From: a virus
Taxonomy: Duplodnaviria > Caudoviricetes
Length of the DNA: 64,000 nt
IMG/VR virus record: IMGVR_UViG_3300036868_000046
Location: 1-64,000 of that record
Direction: 5' to 3' (one strand)
The stretch's first letter is position 1, and each line of letters begins with the position of its first letter. Shown here piece after piece: positions 50,813 through 61,857 of the stretch. The translations under genes and the position numbers were made by a program. The notes beneath the pieces are model-generated. The model was given only the letters and a program-made list of their open reading frames with translations. It made no database searches and had not been told where the DNA came from.

Positions 50813-51820
50813 ATGTATCTGAAGTCCATCAGCGCGCGGACCGCGTTCCGCATCATTCTCGTCTCTCTCCCCCTGCTGGGGCTCGTCGGAGCGTGGGTCA
50901 CCCACATGGCCGTCGCGCAGCAGGAGGACGAGATCCTGCAGCGCGGCCGGGCCCTCGCGCTGTCCGGCGCCGCCGGATACGCGGCGGTCCTGCAGAAGGG
51001 GCTCGACTCCAAGGCGCTCACCTGGGATGACCTCGTCCACCCCTCCTACACGGAGATCCACTTCACCGTGCCGGTCGCGGAGCCGCGCTACCACGCGAGC
51101 TTCGACTGGTACACGGACGCTTCGGGCATCCAGTCCTTCGAGGATGCCATGACGAGCTCCGACTCGATGCTCCTCTACGCCGTGGGGAACGACCTCACGG
51201 GGTACATCCCGACCACGCTCAAGGGCTTCTCCGCGGAGCCCACCGGAGACCCGGTGAAGGACGCGGTGAACGCCCGCAGCAAGCGGCGCTTCGAGTCGCC
51301 GATGCACAAGGCAGCCGCGGCGTGGGTCGGCAATGAACCGCTCATCCAGGAGTACCATCGCGACACCGGCCACGTTGCCTGGGATGTCGCGGCGCCGATC
51401 TGGATCCGCAACAGCTTCAACAAGGAGCTGTTCCACTGGGGATCCTTCCGGGTCGGCATGCGGCAAGAGCGCATCGCAGAGGTTCGCAACGCGGTCATCC
51501 TCCGGCTCGGCGTCGTGTTCGCGGCGTTCGAGCTGCTCCTCGCGAGCATCATGTACTTCGCCGTGCGGCGGCAGATGCGCCCGCTGCATCGCCTCGCGGG
51601 GGAGGCGGTCGCGGTGAGCCTGGGGGAGCGCGAGGACAAGGTCGCGGCGCGCCCAGGGGATGCCGCCGAGATCCGCGAGATGGCATCGGCGGTCGGCCGG
51701 CTCCAGGTCTCCCTGCGAGAAGCGATGCGCCGGTTGGATACGACCGGGTCCAAGGCAATTCCGGCCGCCGTGGACCCGGCCGCCACCCACCCTTACAAGA
51801 TGATGGAGGTCGTCCGGTAG
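50813..51820 (+). CDS. Membrane protein with a chemoreceptor-type sensor domain and HAMP but no signalling domain
   Basis: TM; D..GY.PT...PTGD..KD...RSKR.F...Q.YHRDTG..WDVAAPI...HWGSFRVG; second TM; MRPLHRLA...GD.AEIREMA.AV HAMP; then stop. Confidence 0.75.
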   Translation: MYLKSISARTAFRIILVSLPLLGLVGAWVTHMAVAQQEDEILQRGRALALSGAAGYAAVLQKGLDSKALTWDDLVHPSYTEIHFTVPVAEPRYHASFDWYTDASGIQSFEDAMTSSDSMLLYAVGNDLTGYIPTTLKGFSAEPTGDPVKDAVNARSKRRFESPMHKAAAAWVGNEPLIQEYHRDTGHVAWDVAAPIWIRNSFNKELFHWGSFRVGMRQERIAEVRNAVILRLGVVFAAFELLLASIMYFAVRRQMRPLHRLAGEAVAVSLGEREDKVAARPGDAAEIREMASAVGRLQVSLREAMRRLDTTGSKAIPAAVDPAATHPYKMMEVVR

Positions 51821-52055
51821 ACGACACGCCGGCAGAGAGCCCGGCGTTCCTGGAGGCCCTCTGGTATCGCTCGGAGGGCATCGGCCTCGTGCCCTACGAG
51901 GTGCTCTCCAAGTTGACGGAGGCGGAGTGGAAGCGTGTCCAGGGCATCGACGGAGCGCTCGCCACCGAGATCCTCACCCTGCCCCGCACGATCACGCCTA
52001 CGATGGACGAGCACGAGCTCGAGATACAGATCGCGATCTCGAAGGACGGAGAGCC

Positions 52056-52812
52056 ATGACCCGAACCCTGACACTGACCCTGACCATCGCCCTGTCCGCC
52101 TGCGCCTCGCGGCCCCCGGTCATGCTCGACCGCGTGACCGCCTGCGAGGCGCAGGCGAGCGCCTGGTGCCCCAAGTCCGGCATGGACAGCCCCGGGTGCC
52201 CCATCGTCTACCTGCAGCTGTTCTGTGCCCACGTCGACCTCGATCGGGGCATCCCGGACGACATGCAGGACGCCTGTCTCACCGCCATCGCCGATACGCC
52301 CGCCCCCATGCCGGTACCCGCAGCCTGCATGGCGACCTGGGCCATGACCCCGGAGACTCCATGACCGACATACGAGATCGTCTCAAGCAGCAGATCGCGC
52401 ACCTGGACCGCGAGCAGCGCCGCCTGACGCGCCTGCTCCAGTACCTGGCGATCCATCAGGCCGCGTCCTCATCCACCCCGGAACACGCCCTGGCGATCGC
52501 GTTCCGGCGCAAGACCCCGGTGGACGTGTGACCCCGCCCTGGATACAGGCACGGATCGCTCGCGCCGAGCGCATCCGTTCGGCGGCCATCCACCTGCTCG
52601 ACCTCGCTGCTTCCAATCGTCCGTTTACATTGGCCGAGATCTCCAGGATGGCGGGCATCATGGCGCCAAACGGCAAGCCCGCCTTCGAACTGGCCCGGGA
52701 GACCTACCGGCGAATTTACTGGGTCGGCACCAATGCCGAGTGCTACGCGGAGGCTGCCGGCCTGCTCCGTGACGGCTGGATACCCGGAGAACAGATCCTG
52801 CTCAGGTGTTGA
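52056..52812 (+). CDS. Cys-rich lipoprotein (52056-52364) and two small ORFs (52361-52531, 52528-52812)
   Basis: Lipobox LSAC followed by several Cys; coupled ORFs. Confidence 0.55.
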
Positions 52813-53025
52813 CCGGCACCTGATACCCCTTGCAACTTGCAAGTTGGATGGGGCAGCATCCCCATCCATGGAGAGTCACCCAATTCTGTCGGGGCGCGCG
52901 AGCTCCCCGGCGCGGCGATGGCGGTAGCCCGCGAGGTCGGTCCCCGACTCTCCCCTCCGACTGTACGCGAAGGGCTTCGGGACCCCTCATCCCCCGGAGC
53001 CCCCGCCTCCGCAAGGAGATCCAAG

Positions 53026-54378
53026 ATGACGATGATGACGCAAGATCCCGAACTGATGGTTGTCGACGACAGCTACGACATGCCCAACGCATCGGACGAT
53101 GACCCGATCGACGAGGATGCTCCAGACGATAGCCTCGAGGACGAGGAGGACGAGGAGGACGAGGAGGACGAGTCGGTCCTTCCATTCCGCACCCCCAATG
53201 AGGGTGCGGAGGACGACGACGACGATGATGATGATAATGTCGAGGTCGTGCCCGACGAGGATGACGAGGACGATGACGACAACAAGGACACGATCCCGGA
53301 CCCGCCCCGGATCGGGGTGGGGCGCGCCAGCGATGCGGTCGGCGAGCGCTGGGTCCGCTTCGGCGACCTGACGCTCGAGGCCAAGCACTGGACGAATCCC
53401 CGATCCGTGACGGGCCTCGACGACGCCAGCCTCAAGGTGCTGGCGGACAGCATCAAGTCGGAGACTGTCACCGACGAGACAGGTCGGGTCTTCGTCGGAC
53501 TCATCGAGCGGATGAAGGTCATCCGACTCCGGGGACCGAACGCGACCATCACCGAGCTCGTGGTGGACGGGCAGCGCCGGCACCGGGCGATCGAGCTCGC
53601 CGGGTTCGACGAGGATGCCATGGTTCCCGTTCTGGACCTGGAGGGTCAGCCGGTCGACTGGACGCGTGAGCTCGCGACCCAGTACCTGTTCTCCGCGATC
53701 GAGAGCGTCGGCACCCGGGCTGGGCTCTCGACCTACGAGCTCGCGGATAATGCCGTCCGCCTCCGCGCCTCGGACGACCCGGACACCGGCGCCCAGTACA
53801 CCCAGGGCAAGATCGCGCGCGCGATCGGGCGGAGTGAGTCCTGGGTGAGCAAGATGCTCAAGGCTCGCGAGCACGCGAGCCCCAAGCTCCTCCACCAGTG
53901 GAAGATGGGCGAGATCACGGACGAGCAGTTCCGGGACCTTGCCTCCTCCAAGGAGGAGGAGCAGGAGAAGAAGGGCCAGGAGGTCGCCGAGGCCAGGGCG
54001 TCCGCCGGCCGGAGCGCCGCGCGTACGCTGGCGCGAGAGACCAAGGCAAAGGCGGTGCGCGCTGCCAAGGCGCCCCCGGAAGCCAAGCCGAGCAGGGCGA
54101 AGGGCCAGGGGCCGGCGGTGCGCGGGCCGCAACAGGAGATGCCGGCGGCTCCGCCGGTGCGCAAGCCGCCGCCGGCGGTCGTCGATGACATGCTCGCGAC
54201 GGGCGAGAAGTACCCGCCCACCTCCGACTACGTCAAAGGCATCATGGACGGGGTCAGGTGGGCCACCGGGGGGCTCGACCCCGCGAAGTTCGGCAAGGCG
54301 TGGAAGACGTACATCGATCGGACCTCCGGCCAGATTGCCGAGAAGTCCAAGAAGACGTCGGCCCGCGCCAAGAAGTAG
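53026..54378 (+). CDS. ParB-like (CTPase/Srx domain plus HTH) protein with a highly acidic N-terminus
   Basis: NPR...L.VLADSI...VVDGQRRHRA; HTH TQGKIARAIGRSESWVSKML; AGGAG RBS. Confidence 0.8.
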   Translation: MTMMTQDPELMVVDDSYDMPNASDDDPIDEDAPDDSLEDEEDEEDEEDESVLPFRTPNEGAEDDDDDDDDNVEVVPDEDDEDDDDNKDTIPDPPRIGVGRASDAVGERWVRFGDLTLEAKHWTNPRSVTGLDDASLKVLADSIKSETVTDETGRVFVGLIERMKVIRLRGPNATITELVVDGQRRHRAIELAGFDEDAMVPVLDLEGQPVDWTRELATQYLFSAIESVGTRAGLSTYELADNAVRLRASDDPDTGAQYTQGKIARAIGRSESWVSKMLKAREHASPKLLHQWKMGEITDEQFRDLASSKEEEQEKKGQEVAEARASAGRSAARTLARETKAKAVRAAKAPPEAKPSRAKGQGPAVRGPQQEMPAAPPVRKPPPAVVDDMLATGEKYPPTSDYVKGIMDGVRWATGGLDPAKFGKAWKTYIDRTSGQIAEKSKKTSARAKK

Positions 54379-54450
54379 GCGTTACCATCCGGTTGGCGCG
54401 GTTCACGAAGGGTTGGCTGTAGTCACTCATCCGGGTGATACTCCTTCGCC

Positions 54451-55404
54451 ATGGGAGCCATCAAGGATCTGCTCGAGTCGGAACGTGGTCTCATCGCGCT
54501 GGCGCTCATCATCGGCGGCACGGTGTTGTGCGCAACGCGCGTCATGACCGTGGACCAATGGAAGGACTTCACGACGTGGGTGTTCGGCGCCTACGTGGCC
54601 GGCAAGACCGTGACCGGCGCTGTGCAGATCATCAAGGGGCCGGCGCCGAACGCCGCGCCGCCGCAAGGAGAGTCGAAGTGATCAGGATTCGCAAGTCACC
54701 CGTTCTGCTCATGCTCATGTGGGTGTCGTCCCTGGCGCTGTTCGGCGCCATGCTCACGACCGCCTGCACCAAGAACCAGCGCATCGAGACGCTGGGGGCC
54801 AGCCTCATCGCGGTCAACTCGGCCCGCGAGGCGCTTGGGGTCTGGGACCTCGCGCATCAGGAGGACATGGTCAAGCGCGCCTCGACGCGGGAGGAGGCCG
54901 AGCGTGCCGTCGCCGACTACCGCGCGAAACGACAGCGCGTCGTCGACACCTTCGTCGAGGTCTATCGCGGCCTCGCCGCCGCAGCGCTCGACCCGAGCGA
55001 CTCGAAGGTCGACGCGGCCATGAAGGCCGTCGATGGCCTTCTGGAAGCTGTCAAGAAGTTCACGGAGGGCACCTGACATGTCGACAGAACAGCTCCAGCG
55101 TACATTCGTCTCCTCTGCCGTCACCGCGCTCGACGCCGTCATGGACGTCGCCCGGCGCGAGTTCGCCGATGGGACCGGGCCGGGCATGCAGCGCGCGCTC
55201 ATCGACAGCAGGCCCATCGAGATCATCGAGAGCATCCTCGGCGCGGTGGTCGCGATCGCCGAGGAGATCAAGAAGGGGCTGGGCGGACAGGTGTCGGCCG
55301 AGTCCGTGGAGGACGCGATCGCCGCGATCGCCGATCGGATGCGGAGCAACGATGCCGTCGTCGACGCCGCGATCGACACCAAGTTCCCCGATGGCTCGCC
55401 CTAA
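54451..55404 (+). CDS. Holin-like 2-TM protein (54451-54681), coiled-coil lipoprotein (54678-55076) and a helical protein (55078-55404)
   Basis: Hydrophobicity pattern and lipobox LTTAC; holin/spanin roles are inferred. Confidence 0.45.
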
Positions 55405-55903
55405 GACCAAGGAACCCCGCTGCTCCTACAAGGAGGGGGCCCGGCGATGCTCCTTCGCCGGGGTCGGCGATCCCCCGCTCTGCCGCCCCCACCAGCTGGC
55501 CGTCGCCGAGGCGGCTCGCCCCAAGTCCCCGGGCGAGGTCGTCTGGACGTCGCTCATCGATGCGATCAATGGCGAACAGGTCGACCCGCGGGCGTTCGCC
55601 AACGCGTTCGCCAGCGTCTTCGACGAGTTCACGCGGATGCGGAGGCCGCCCGGCGGCTGGTACCCACCGCCTGGAGACCATCGACGCGCCCCCACACATG
55701 ACGAGAACCTGCAGCAGCTCCGCGCGGCGGCGCGTGGCGTCATGGGGTTCGCCCCCCGTGAGCCCTTGACCGAGAAGAAGATCAAGGACCGCAAGCGGAT
55801 GCTCGCCATGCAGCATCACCCCGATCGCGGCGGGACGCCGCAGCGCATGGCCGCCATCAACGACGCTGCTGACGTTCTGCTCGAAGAGTTGGGAGGAAGG
55901 TGA
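55391..55903 (+). CDS. J-domain (DnaJ-like) protein with an N-terminal C..C..LC..H zinc finger
   Basis: KRMLAMQHHPDRGG..Q.MAAINDA..VL carries the HPD motif. Confidence 0.85.
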   Translation: MARPKTKEPRCSYKEGARRCSFAGVGDPPLCRPHQLAVAEAARPKSPGEVVWTSLIDAINGEQVDPRAFANAFASVFDEFTRMRRPPGGWYPPPGDHRRAPTHDENLQQLRAAARGVMGFAPREPLTEKKIKDRKRMLAMQHHPDRGGTPQRMAAINDAADVLLEELGGR

Positions 55904-56284
55904 CCATTGGGGGCTTACGACACCATCAAGACGCATCCCTTCGATACCCGCTTCTATTGCAGCGAAGGGCATCACATGCCCGGGCTGCAGAGCAAGGACT
56001 TCGGCGAGACGCTCGGTCGCGTGGTGGTGGTCTACGGCCACGACTGCGACCTCCTGATGTTCCAACCAGGCAATGGCTCGGAGCCGGGATACGTCTCCCC
56101 CGATGCCTTCGGATGCCACGGCTACTGTCACCGTTGCCCATCCTTCACAACGTTCGCCGGCACGGAGCTCAAGCCGTGGGTGGAGTTCAAGGTCGAGCGG
56201 CTGTTCGCGCGCCTGGCCGTCCGGCGGATCTCGAGTGACTACGCCACGTGGCTCGCCCAGATGCGAGCCAACGAACAGTTCTGA
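55900..56284 (+). CDS. Hypothetical protein with Cys/His motifs
   Basis: G.YDTI...C..GH...LQSKD and CHGYCHRC. Confidence 0.6.
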
Positions 56285-56385
56285 CCCGTCCGGGGCCATG
56301 TTACGCAGGGAGATCCTGCGGAACCGAGGACAGTCGCGGCATGAAACAGCCCTGAGCGGGTCACCTATCTGGTAGCGTTCTCGGG

Positions 56386-57030
56386 ATGCCCAATCTCATC
56401 AGCTATACCGAGACCACCAATGCCGAGTGCTGGGACGCGTTCTCGCCGCGAGACTTCTCCGACGACATGGAGGTCGAGCTGTTCGGCAGCCGGAACGTCG
56501 GACAACCTCACCTGTGCAATCTTCAAGTCGCGCATGCACTACCTCGGCCGGACGCAGCCTTCATCGTCGACAGCTGGTGGGCAAGCACCAATGTACCTGC
56601 GAACTTCCAAATCTTGGCGTGGATGAGGTCGGCGACCGTCACCCTGTATATGGGCTGCATGCCCGTCCTCGTCCGCAAACTCGATGACCTGTACGACCAA
56701 GGCGCGCTGGGGCGATGCCTCGGCAACGACCGCCGGTGCCGCGGGCTGGCCGAAATCCTCGCGGACGTGTGCGGCGAGGCGTCGGATTGGGACGAGGCCA
56801 AGGCGGAGAAGTGGACCCGACGAGTGAAACAGGTCCGCGATCGACTGATTGGCGTGACGCCAGGGCTGACTGTCCCGATCGTGATTCCATGTCGCCAAAC
56901 CTTCCGTGTTCGCGTGCAGTCCGAGCGACGCTCGCTGGGCGCCATGCTCGAGGTATTGCCAGCAAATATCGCACCCCAGGCGCTGTTCTGGATCCATCTC
57001 GGCGGGGTCACGGAAATGACGGTGGTGTGA
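56386..57030 (+). CDS. Divergent paralog of the candidate capsid protein
   Basis: LFGSRNVGQPHLCNLQVAHAL versus LFGNANIGNTALTNLQTAGQL; PIVIPCRQTF versus PIVVPVRQNF. Confidence 0.7.
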   Translation: MPNLISYTETTNAECWDAFSPRDFSDDMEVELFGSRNVGQPHLCNLQVAHALPRPDAAFIVDSWWASTNVPANFQILAWMRSATVTLYMGCMPVLVRKLDDLYDQGALGRCLGNDRRCRGLAEILADVCGEASDWDEAKAEKWTRRVKQVRDRLIGVTPGLTVPIVIPCRQTFRVRVQSERRSLGAMLEVLPANIAPQALFWIHLGGVTEMTVV

Positions 57031-57043
57031 TAGCGTTCTCGGG

Positions 57044-57604
57044 ATGGCAACCTTCCACTCCTACGAAATCAGCCCGTGCCATTTTTGGGACGGGTTCTCG
57101 CCCCGAGACTTGCTCGGTCGTCAAGGCCGCCCCCTGGAGCTATTCATCACCGTGGATGAATCGTTCCGGACGAATACGTGGTCGCTCAAGACCATCGAGC
57201 GTCTCGCCGTGCTCCACTGGCATGCGCGCTCCAATCTGGAGCTCGATCAACTGGCACCGGCGGCACGCAAGGCGATGTTCGCGTGGACCTCGGCCACCAC
57301 GGTGGCGATGGGCAATGGCATCGTCCGTCACGACCGGCCACTGTCCAGCCTCTTATCAAACGGGATGGGGCCAAGCGCGAACGAGATCCGGGGATCCGGA
57401 CCCAAGCGCGCCCCGCGCCCCTTCCTCGTGCAGAGCCTTGACGAGCTCCACTGCAGCATCCGGACAGACCCGCGGGCGCTCACGGCCATGCTCGAGATGG
57501 TCCCTGGCGACGTAGCGCCGGAGATGATGTTCTGGATCCACGTCGACGGCGACCACCGGATCCCCATCAGACATTACCGCGACCTCCCCATCGATCAGGG
57601 ATGA
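57044..57604 (+). CDS. Tandem, more divergent paralog of 56386-57030
   Basis: WD.FSPRD and R.L.AMLE..P...AP...FWIH..G are shared; identical upstream TAGCGTTCTCGGGATG. Confidence 0.7.
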   Translation: MATFHSYEISPCHFWDGFSPRDLLGRQGRPLELFITVDESFRTNTWSLKTIERLAVLHWHARSNLELDQLAPAARKAMFAWTSATTVAMGNGIVRHDRPLSSLLSNGMGPSANEIRGSGPKRAPRPFLVQSLDELHCSIRTDPRALTAMLEMVPGDVAPEMMFWIHVDGDHRIPIRHYRDLPIDQG

Positions 57605-57641
57605 ATGGCGCCGACCAGGCGTTCTGCGGTACGCTCCCGGC

Positions 57642-58373
57642 ATGGCGGATGCCAACTTCGATGCCGCGGTCGCCCAGGCCAGCGCGGTCTACGACCAGCT
57701 GGGCGAATGGATCGACCGCTACCACGGCGGCATTCCCCCGGGGTTCATCGCCGCGGCCATTACCCACGAGAGCGGCGGCGACTTCAACGCGCCAGGTGAC
57801 CCCGTGCTGGGCGAGGTCGGCTACCTCCAGGTCGCGGCCTACGTGCCGCCCCTCTTCGGGTACCCGGCCGAGGCCCGGATGGACCCGGAGAGCAACATCG
57901 CGATCGGGGTTCTCGAATACGAGATGGAGGCGGCCTACTGGGCCGCCCGTTACCCCGAGGTGATGCTCGGGACCGCCGACAGCTGGAAGCTTGCACGTCT
58001 GGCCTTCGCTATCGGCCGCGCTGGCGCCTACCAGCTGGCGGACATGGCCCGGGCCAGCCAGGGCGGTCTGACGTCTGGTGACGTCTACCACGACATCGTC
58101 CGGGCCACCTCCGCGGCGGGCGGCGTGGCCCTGGGCAGCCAGAGCGCCGCCAAAGTGCTGTCCCGGGTGGTCGACATCGACCGGCAGTGGGCGATCGGCC
58201 AGGCGGTGAATGGCGCCCCGCCGGGGCCTCCGCTCTACATCCCGGACCCGCCGGCCGGCCCCTACACCATCCCGGAGGACGCCGCCCCCTATTTCTCCCA
58301 GCAGATTCCGGTTACCATCGTGCTGGCGATCGGCCTGGGGTTGGTGGCGTGGCTGCTCTACAAAGGCTACTGA
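57642..58373 (+). CDS. Lytic transglycosylase (SLT/GH23) with a C-terminal TM anchor
   Basis: ITHESGG (catalytic Glu), GYLQV and DPESNIAIG. Confidence 0.85.
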   Translation: MADANFDAAVAQASAVYDQLGEWIDRYHGGIPPGFIAAAITHESGGDFNAPGDPVLGEVGYLQVAAYVPPLFGYPAEARMDPESNIAIGVLEYEMEAAYWAARYPEVMLGTADSWKLARLAFAIGRAGAYQLADMARASQGGLTSGDVYHDIVRATSAAGGVALGSQSAAKVLSRVVDIDRQWAIGQAVNGAPPGPPLYIPDPPAGPYTIPEDAAPYFSQQIPVTIVLAIGLGLVAWLLYKGY

Positions 58374-58374
58374 C

Positions 58375-59976
58375 ATGAAGCCCATCATCAAGGCGCCGGA
58401 TCCACGGCACAACAAGATCGGCCCGGTCTCGACCGACCGGAACATCGCGCAGGTGGCATCGCCGGCGGCGACGACCGGCCAGTCGCAGATGCGCATCAAG
58501 GCCAGCACCTATTTCACGGTGCCCGGAGATGCGCAAATTCTCTACGATGGGTCCCGCATCTGGGTGCGGGTCACGATCACGCTCCGCACGGCGGGCCCGG
58601 TCGTGGTGGGCGAGACGGCGCAGATCGTGCCGGTGACCTCCGGCCAGGGGATCCTCCTGGTCACGAACCAGCCGGTCGTGTTCGATCTGGCCAAGAGCAA
58701 CAAGCTATTCATCGCCGCCAACGGTCTCAATCGCGTCGAATACCTCGTCCAGCCTTTGCCGTGGCTCGAGGAGATCACCGGCACGCTGAGCACCGCGGCC
58801 GGAACGGTGAGGTAGGTCATGTCGTATCCACAGCCAATCGCCGATACGGCGGGCCGAACCCAGGCCGACTTCTTCCGCATCACCACGCCGCTCTCGTCGC
58901 CCGGCGACATCTACGAGTCGACGATGAGCAGCCTCGCGTTCGGCGTGGGGCCCGAGTCCGACATCGCCAACGTCCAGCTCTGCTACTTCGACGCCACGAA
59001 GAACACGGCAGCCAACCACACGTTCATGTCGTTCGCCACGGTGTCGCCGACGCGGACGTTCGTCGGGCGGCTCGACGCGAACCAGTCGCAGAACTACACG
59101 CCGGCCGACCGCAAGGGCCGGATCTTCTTCTGGTCGGACAACATCTACGACCCGAACTACCGGCCGAGCGGGTTCAACCCGGCGATCAACACCATCGAGT
59201 TCGTCGCGCCGGTGCTCGACGTCATCCAGTATTTCCAGCCAGCACAGAGCCTCCAGTCCGCTCGGCTCGACAAGCAGTTCCAGTTCCTGGTGTTCCGCAG
59301 CACGTTCCTGGTCGTGCCGTACTACGGCCGCAAGTACTGCTACGTCGACTTCACGAACCGCAACGCGACCGACTCGGTGCCATTCAGTATCCTGGGGGTC
59401 AACTACGTCATCACTCAGGACAACATCGCATCGCCGCCGCCGTACCACCAGGAGACCACCATCCTGCCGACCACCACGATCGCGCCGGGCGCCTCGCACA
59501 CGACGATCATCACGGCAACGGGCACGGGGATGTTCGATGCCCTGGTATTCGGCACGACCGTCGGCGGCCCCACGCCGCTCCGGATTGTCGTGTCCGATGA
59601 CATGGCGTGATGAAAGGGTAATGACATGGCCACCGCAACCACGCTCGCTCAGGCCGCCGGCCAGTGCGCCGACAACATGGGCGTCTGGTGGAACATCAGC
59701 CAGCTGAAGGTCCGCCTCCAGGCGTTCGCTGGACCGCTGTTCGACTTCTTCCCCGACACGGATGCCAACGCGCGGCCAGTCGCCGACTGGCTGACCGTGC
59801 TGGTCTGCGCGGTCGATCCGATGCCCAACAACCTGACCATCACGCAGTACACGGACACGACCCAGATCATGTACCGCCTCTTGTGGATGGCGAGCTTTCT
59901 CCAGACGAGCAGCCTCATCACCAGCTCCCAGGCGGCGCAGGTGTTGGGCTCCTACAACGCCAATATCGGGTTCTAG
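58375..59976 (+). CDS. Three putative virion proteins (58375-58815, 58819-59610, 59626-59976)
   Basis: Beta-rich composition; adjacent to the SLT gene. Confidence 0.5.
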
Positions 59977-60554
59977 GTCCAGCGCTCGGACTTGCGGCCC
60001 GATCCCACGATGTGGTGGAGGAGCGCCACGAAGTTCGGGTTGTAGAGCGCGCGGGGATCCCGCTTGTCGCGGATGAGCGCGATGATCTCGTCCGCGCTCT
60101 TGGTGGTCAGCTGCGCGATGGCGAGCGCCGCGACGAGCGCCGACCTGTTGAGGCCCATGGCGCAGGTGATGAGCACGCGCTTGCCGCCTGCCAGGAACGT
60201 CACGACCATCCTGGAGGTCGCGGAGACGCGCGCGAGCATGGACTGGTCGACCGTGCCATCGACGATGGGGCAGCGGATCACGACGCCGTGAAACCCGGTC
60301 CGCTCCGGCTGGATCTCCTTCGCGCAGAGGACCAGCGCATCGAACCCGGGGATGTCTCGATCGAATGGTGGCTCGCCGCCGACCCAGAGGCGGTTCGAGA
60401 TGGCCGACGCGTTGAGCTCCATGCTGGCCACCAGCCTACGCTTGGCGGCTGACACCCAACCTCCGCGGCGCGCCGCCGGCGCCTGCTCATGCGCGCGGCA
60501 GAACAGGCTCCCGGGCTCCTGGGGCGCCGAGCAGCGCGGCGCGATGCAGGTCAT
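59973..60554 (-). CDS. Dual-specificity protein phosphatase with an N-terminal zinc finger
   Basis: CX5R loop LITCAMGLNRSA, CPIVDG general-acid loop and LYNPNF; N-terminal CIAPRC...LFCRAH. Confidence 0.85.
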   Translation of the reverse strand: MTCIAPRCSAPQEPGSLFCRAHEQAPAARRGGWVSAAKRRLVASMELNASAISNRLWVGGEPPFDRDIPGFDALVLCAKEIQPERTGFHGVVIRCPIVDGTVDQSMLARVSATSRMVVTFLAGGKRVLITCAMGLNRSALVAALAIAQLTTKSADEIIALIRDKRDPRALYNPNFVALLHHIVGSGRKSERWT

Positions 60555-61390
60555 ACCTCCCAGGCGAGCGCCGCGAACGTCTTGGGGCCCAGGACCCCAT
60601 CCGGCACGAGCCCATGCTCCGCCTGGTACTGCTTCAGCGCGCCCACCGTCTCCACGCCGAACGCCCGGGTGACCGTCACATTCAGCTGTTCCTGCACCCA
60701 CCGGACGCGATCCCCGAACTCGCCAAGGCGCATCACGTTGAACCGCGACAGGTCCACCGTGTTCGTGAACCCCGGGCACGGATACGCGTCGCCCTGGTAC
60801 TGGTGCATCCACCAGTTACCGGGGTCGCCCCACACGCTCGGCACCTTCGGGCGGTAGGTCGGCTCGTCGAGGGTCAGGTGGGCCGGCGTGCGTGGCTGCC
60901 AGGGCCAGGGCTTGGCGAGCCAGAGCGGTGACCGTTTCAAGGCGCCGGGCGGCAGATTGCCCAGGACTTCTCTGACAACCCGGTCCGAGAAGTACACGAT
61001 CGGCGTGACCTGGTACTGGCTTGCCATCTCGTTCCAGGCCGCATGCAGGATGTTCATCACCTCGGTGGCGGGGACACCGGCCTCCTCCACGTCGACGATG
61101 GGCGGGAAGTTCTTGCCCGCGCCCAGGCGGCCGACGTTGTCCGCGAACCTCCGCACCTGATCGGTCGGCGACTGGGTCATGCGCAGGAAGAGATACGCGC
61201 CCGTGATGAGCCCCGCTGCCTGCGCGCTGTTCATGTCGCGCGCGATCGTCGAATCGAGCATCGTGCCGTAGGCGCCGCGGAAGATCGCGAACCCGAGGCT
61301 GTTGCCGGCGCGCGTGCAGGCGTTCTTGAGCGCGCCCCAGTCCGGCGGCAGGTTGCCGTCGACGGAGGCGTAGTCGACACCGATGATCAT
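60551..61390 (-). CDS. GH25 muramidase endolysin with a C-terminal peptidoglycan-binding domain
   Basis: IIGVDYAS, GAYLF, PPIVDVEE, WWMHQY, VDLSRF; C-terminal YQAEHGL.PDGVLGPKT. Confidence 0.9.
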   Translation of the reverse strand: MIIGVDYASVDGNLPPDWGALKNACTRAGNSLGFAIFRGAYGTMLDSTIARDMNSAQAAGLITGAYLFLRMTQSPTDQVRRFADNVGRLGAGKNFPPIVDVEEAGVPATEVMNILHAAWNEMASQYQVTPIVYFSDRVVREVLGNLPPGALKRSPLWLAKPWPWQPRTPAHLTLDEPTYRPKVPSVWGDPGNWWMHQYQGDAYPCPGFTNTVDLSRFNVMRLGEFGDRVRWVQEQLNVTVTRAFGVETVGALKQYQAEHGLVPDGVLGPKTFAALAWEV

Positions 61391-61692
61391 CGCCGCCTCA
61401 GCGTGCCGCCCACTGGAAAGGGAAGCGTGCCGGTCACCTTGAGCTCGGCCATCCGACGCACGCCGCGCTCGAACATCTCGCGGAAGGACTGCGTCAGGCT
61501 CTCGGGGATGAACGATGTCCTGCAGTCCTTGCCGTCCCGCTCGAACTCGCGAAACACCGCGACGGTCAACTGACCATCGAAGGACCGCTGGCTGATCACC
61601 GCCACGATCCCGTCGGTGTTCTTGAGGCGGTCGACATCTTGGAACCCACGACCCGAGGTCGGCTCCCCACCCCCATTCTTTGGCGAAGGCAT
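61387..61692 (-). CDS. Hypothetical protein
   Basis: Coupled to the endolysin start. Confidence 0.5.
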   Translation of the reverse strand: MPSPKNGGGEPTSGRGFQDVDRLKNTDGIVAVISQRSFDGQLTVAVFREFERDGKDCRTSFIPESLTQSFREMFERGVRRMAELKVTGTLPFPVGGTLRRR

Positions 61693-61857
61693 CACAGATC
61701 TTTGCGGTGGCATCCCCTGCATGGTAGGGCATCCTCACCTCCCGGTCCACCACCTCTAGCGTGGTGGACCATGTGGGACACCTAGGGGTAGCGGCGGGGA
61801 GTTTCGGTTGATAGGTTCACGCCGCCACCACTACAGTGGTCGGCAGAGGAGATTCGA

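Noticed and set aside
61387-61692. PC4-like single-stranded DNA-binding protein
   Set aside because: Only a vague beta-strand pattern; not enough to call.
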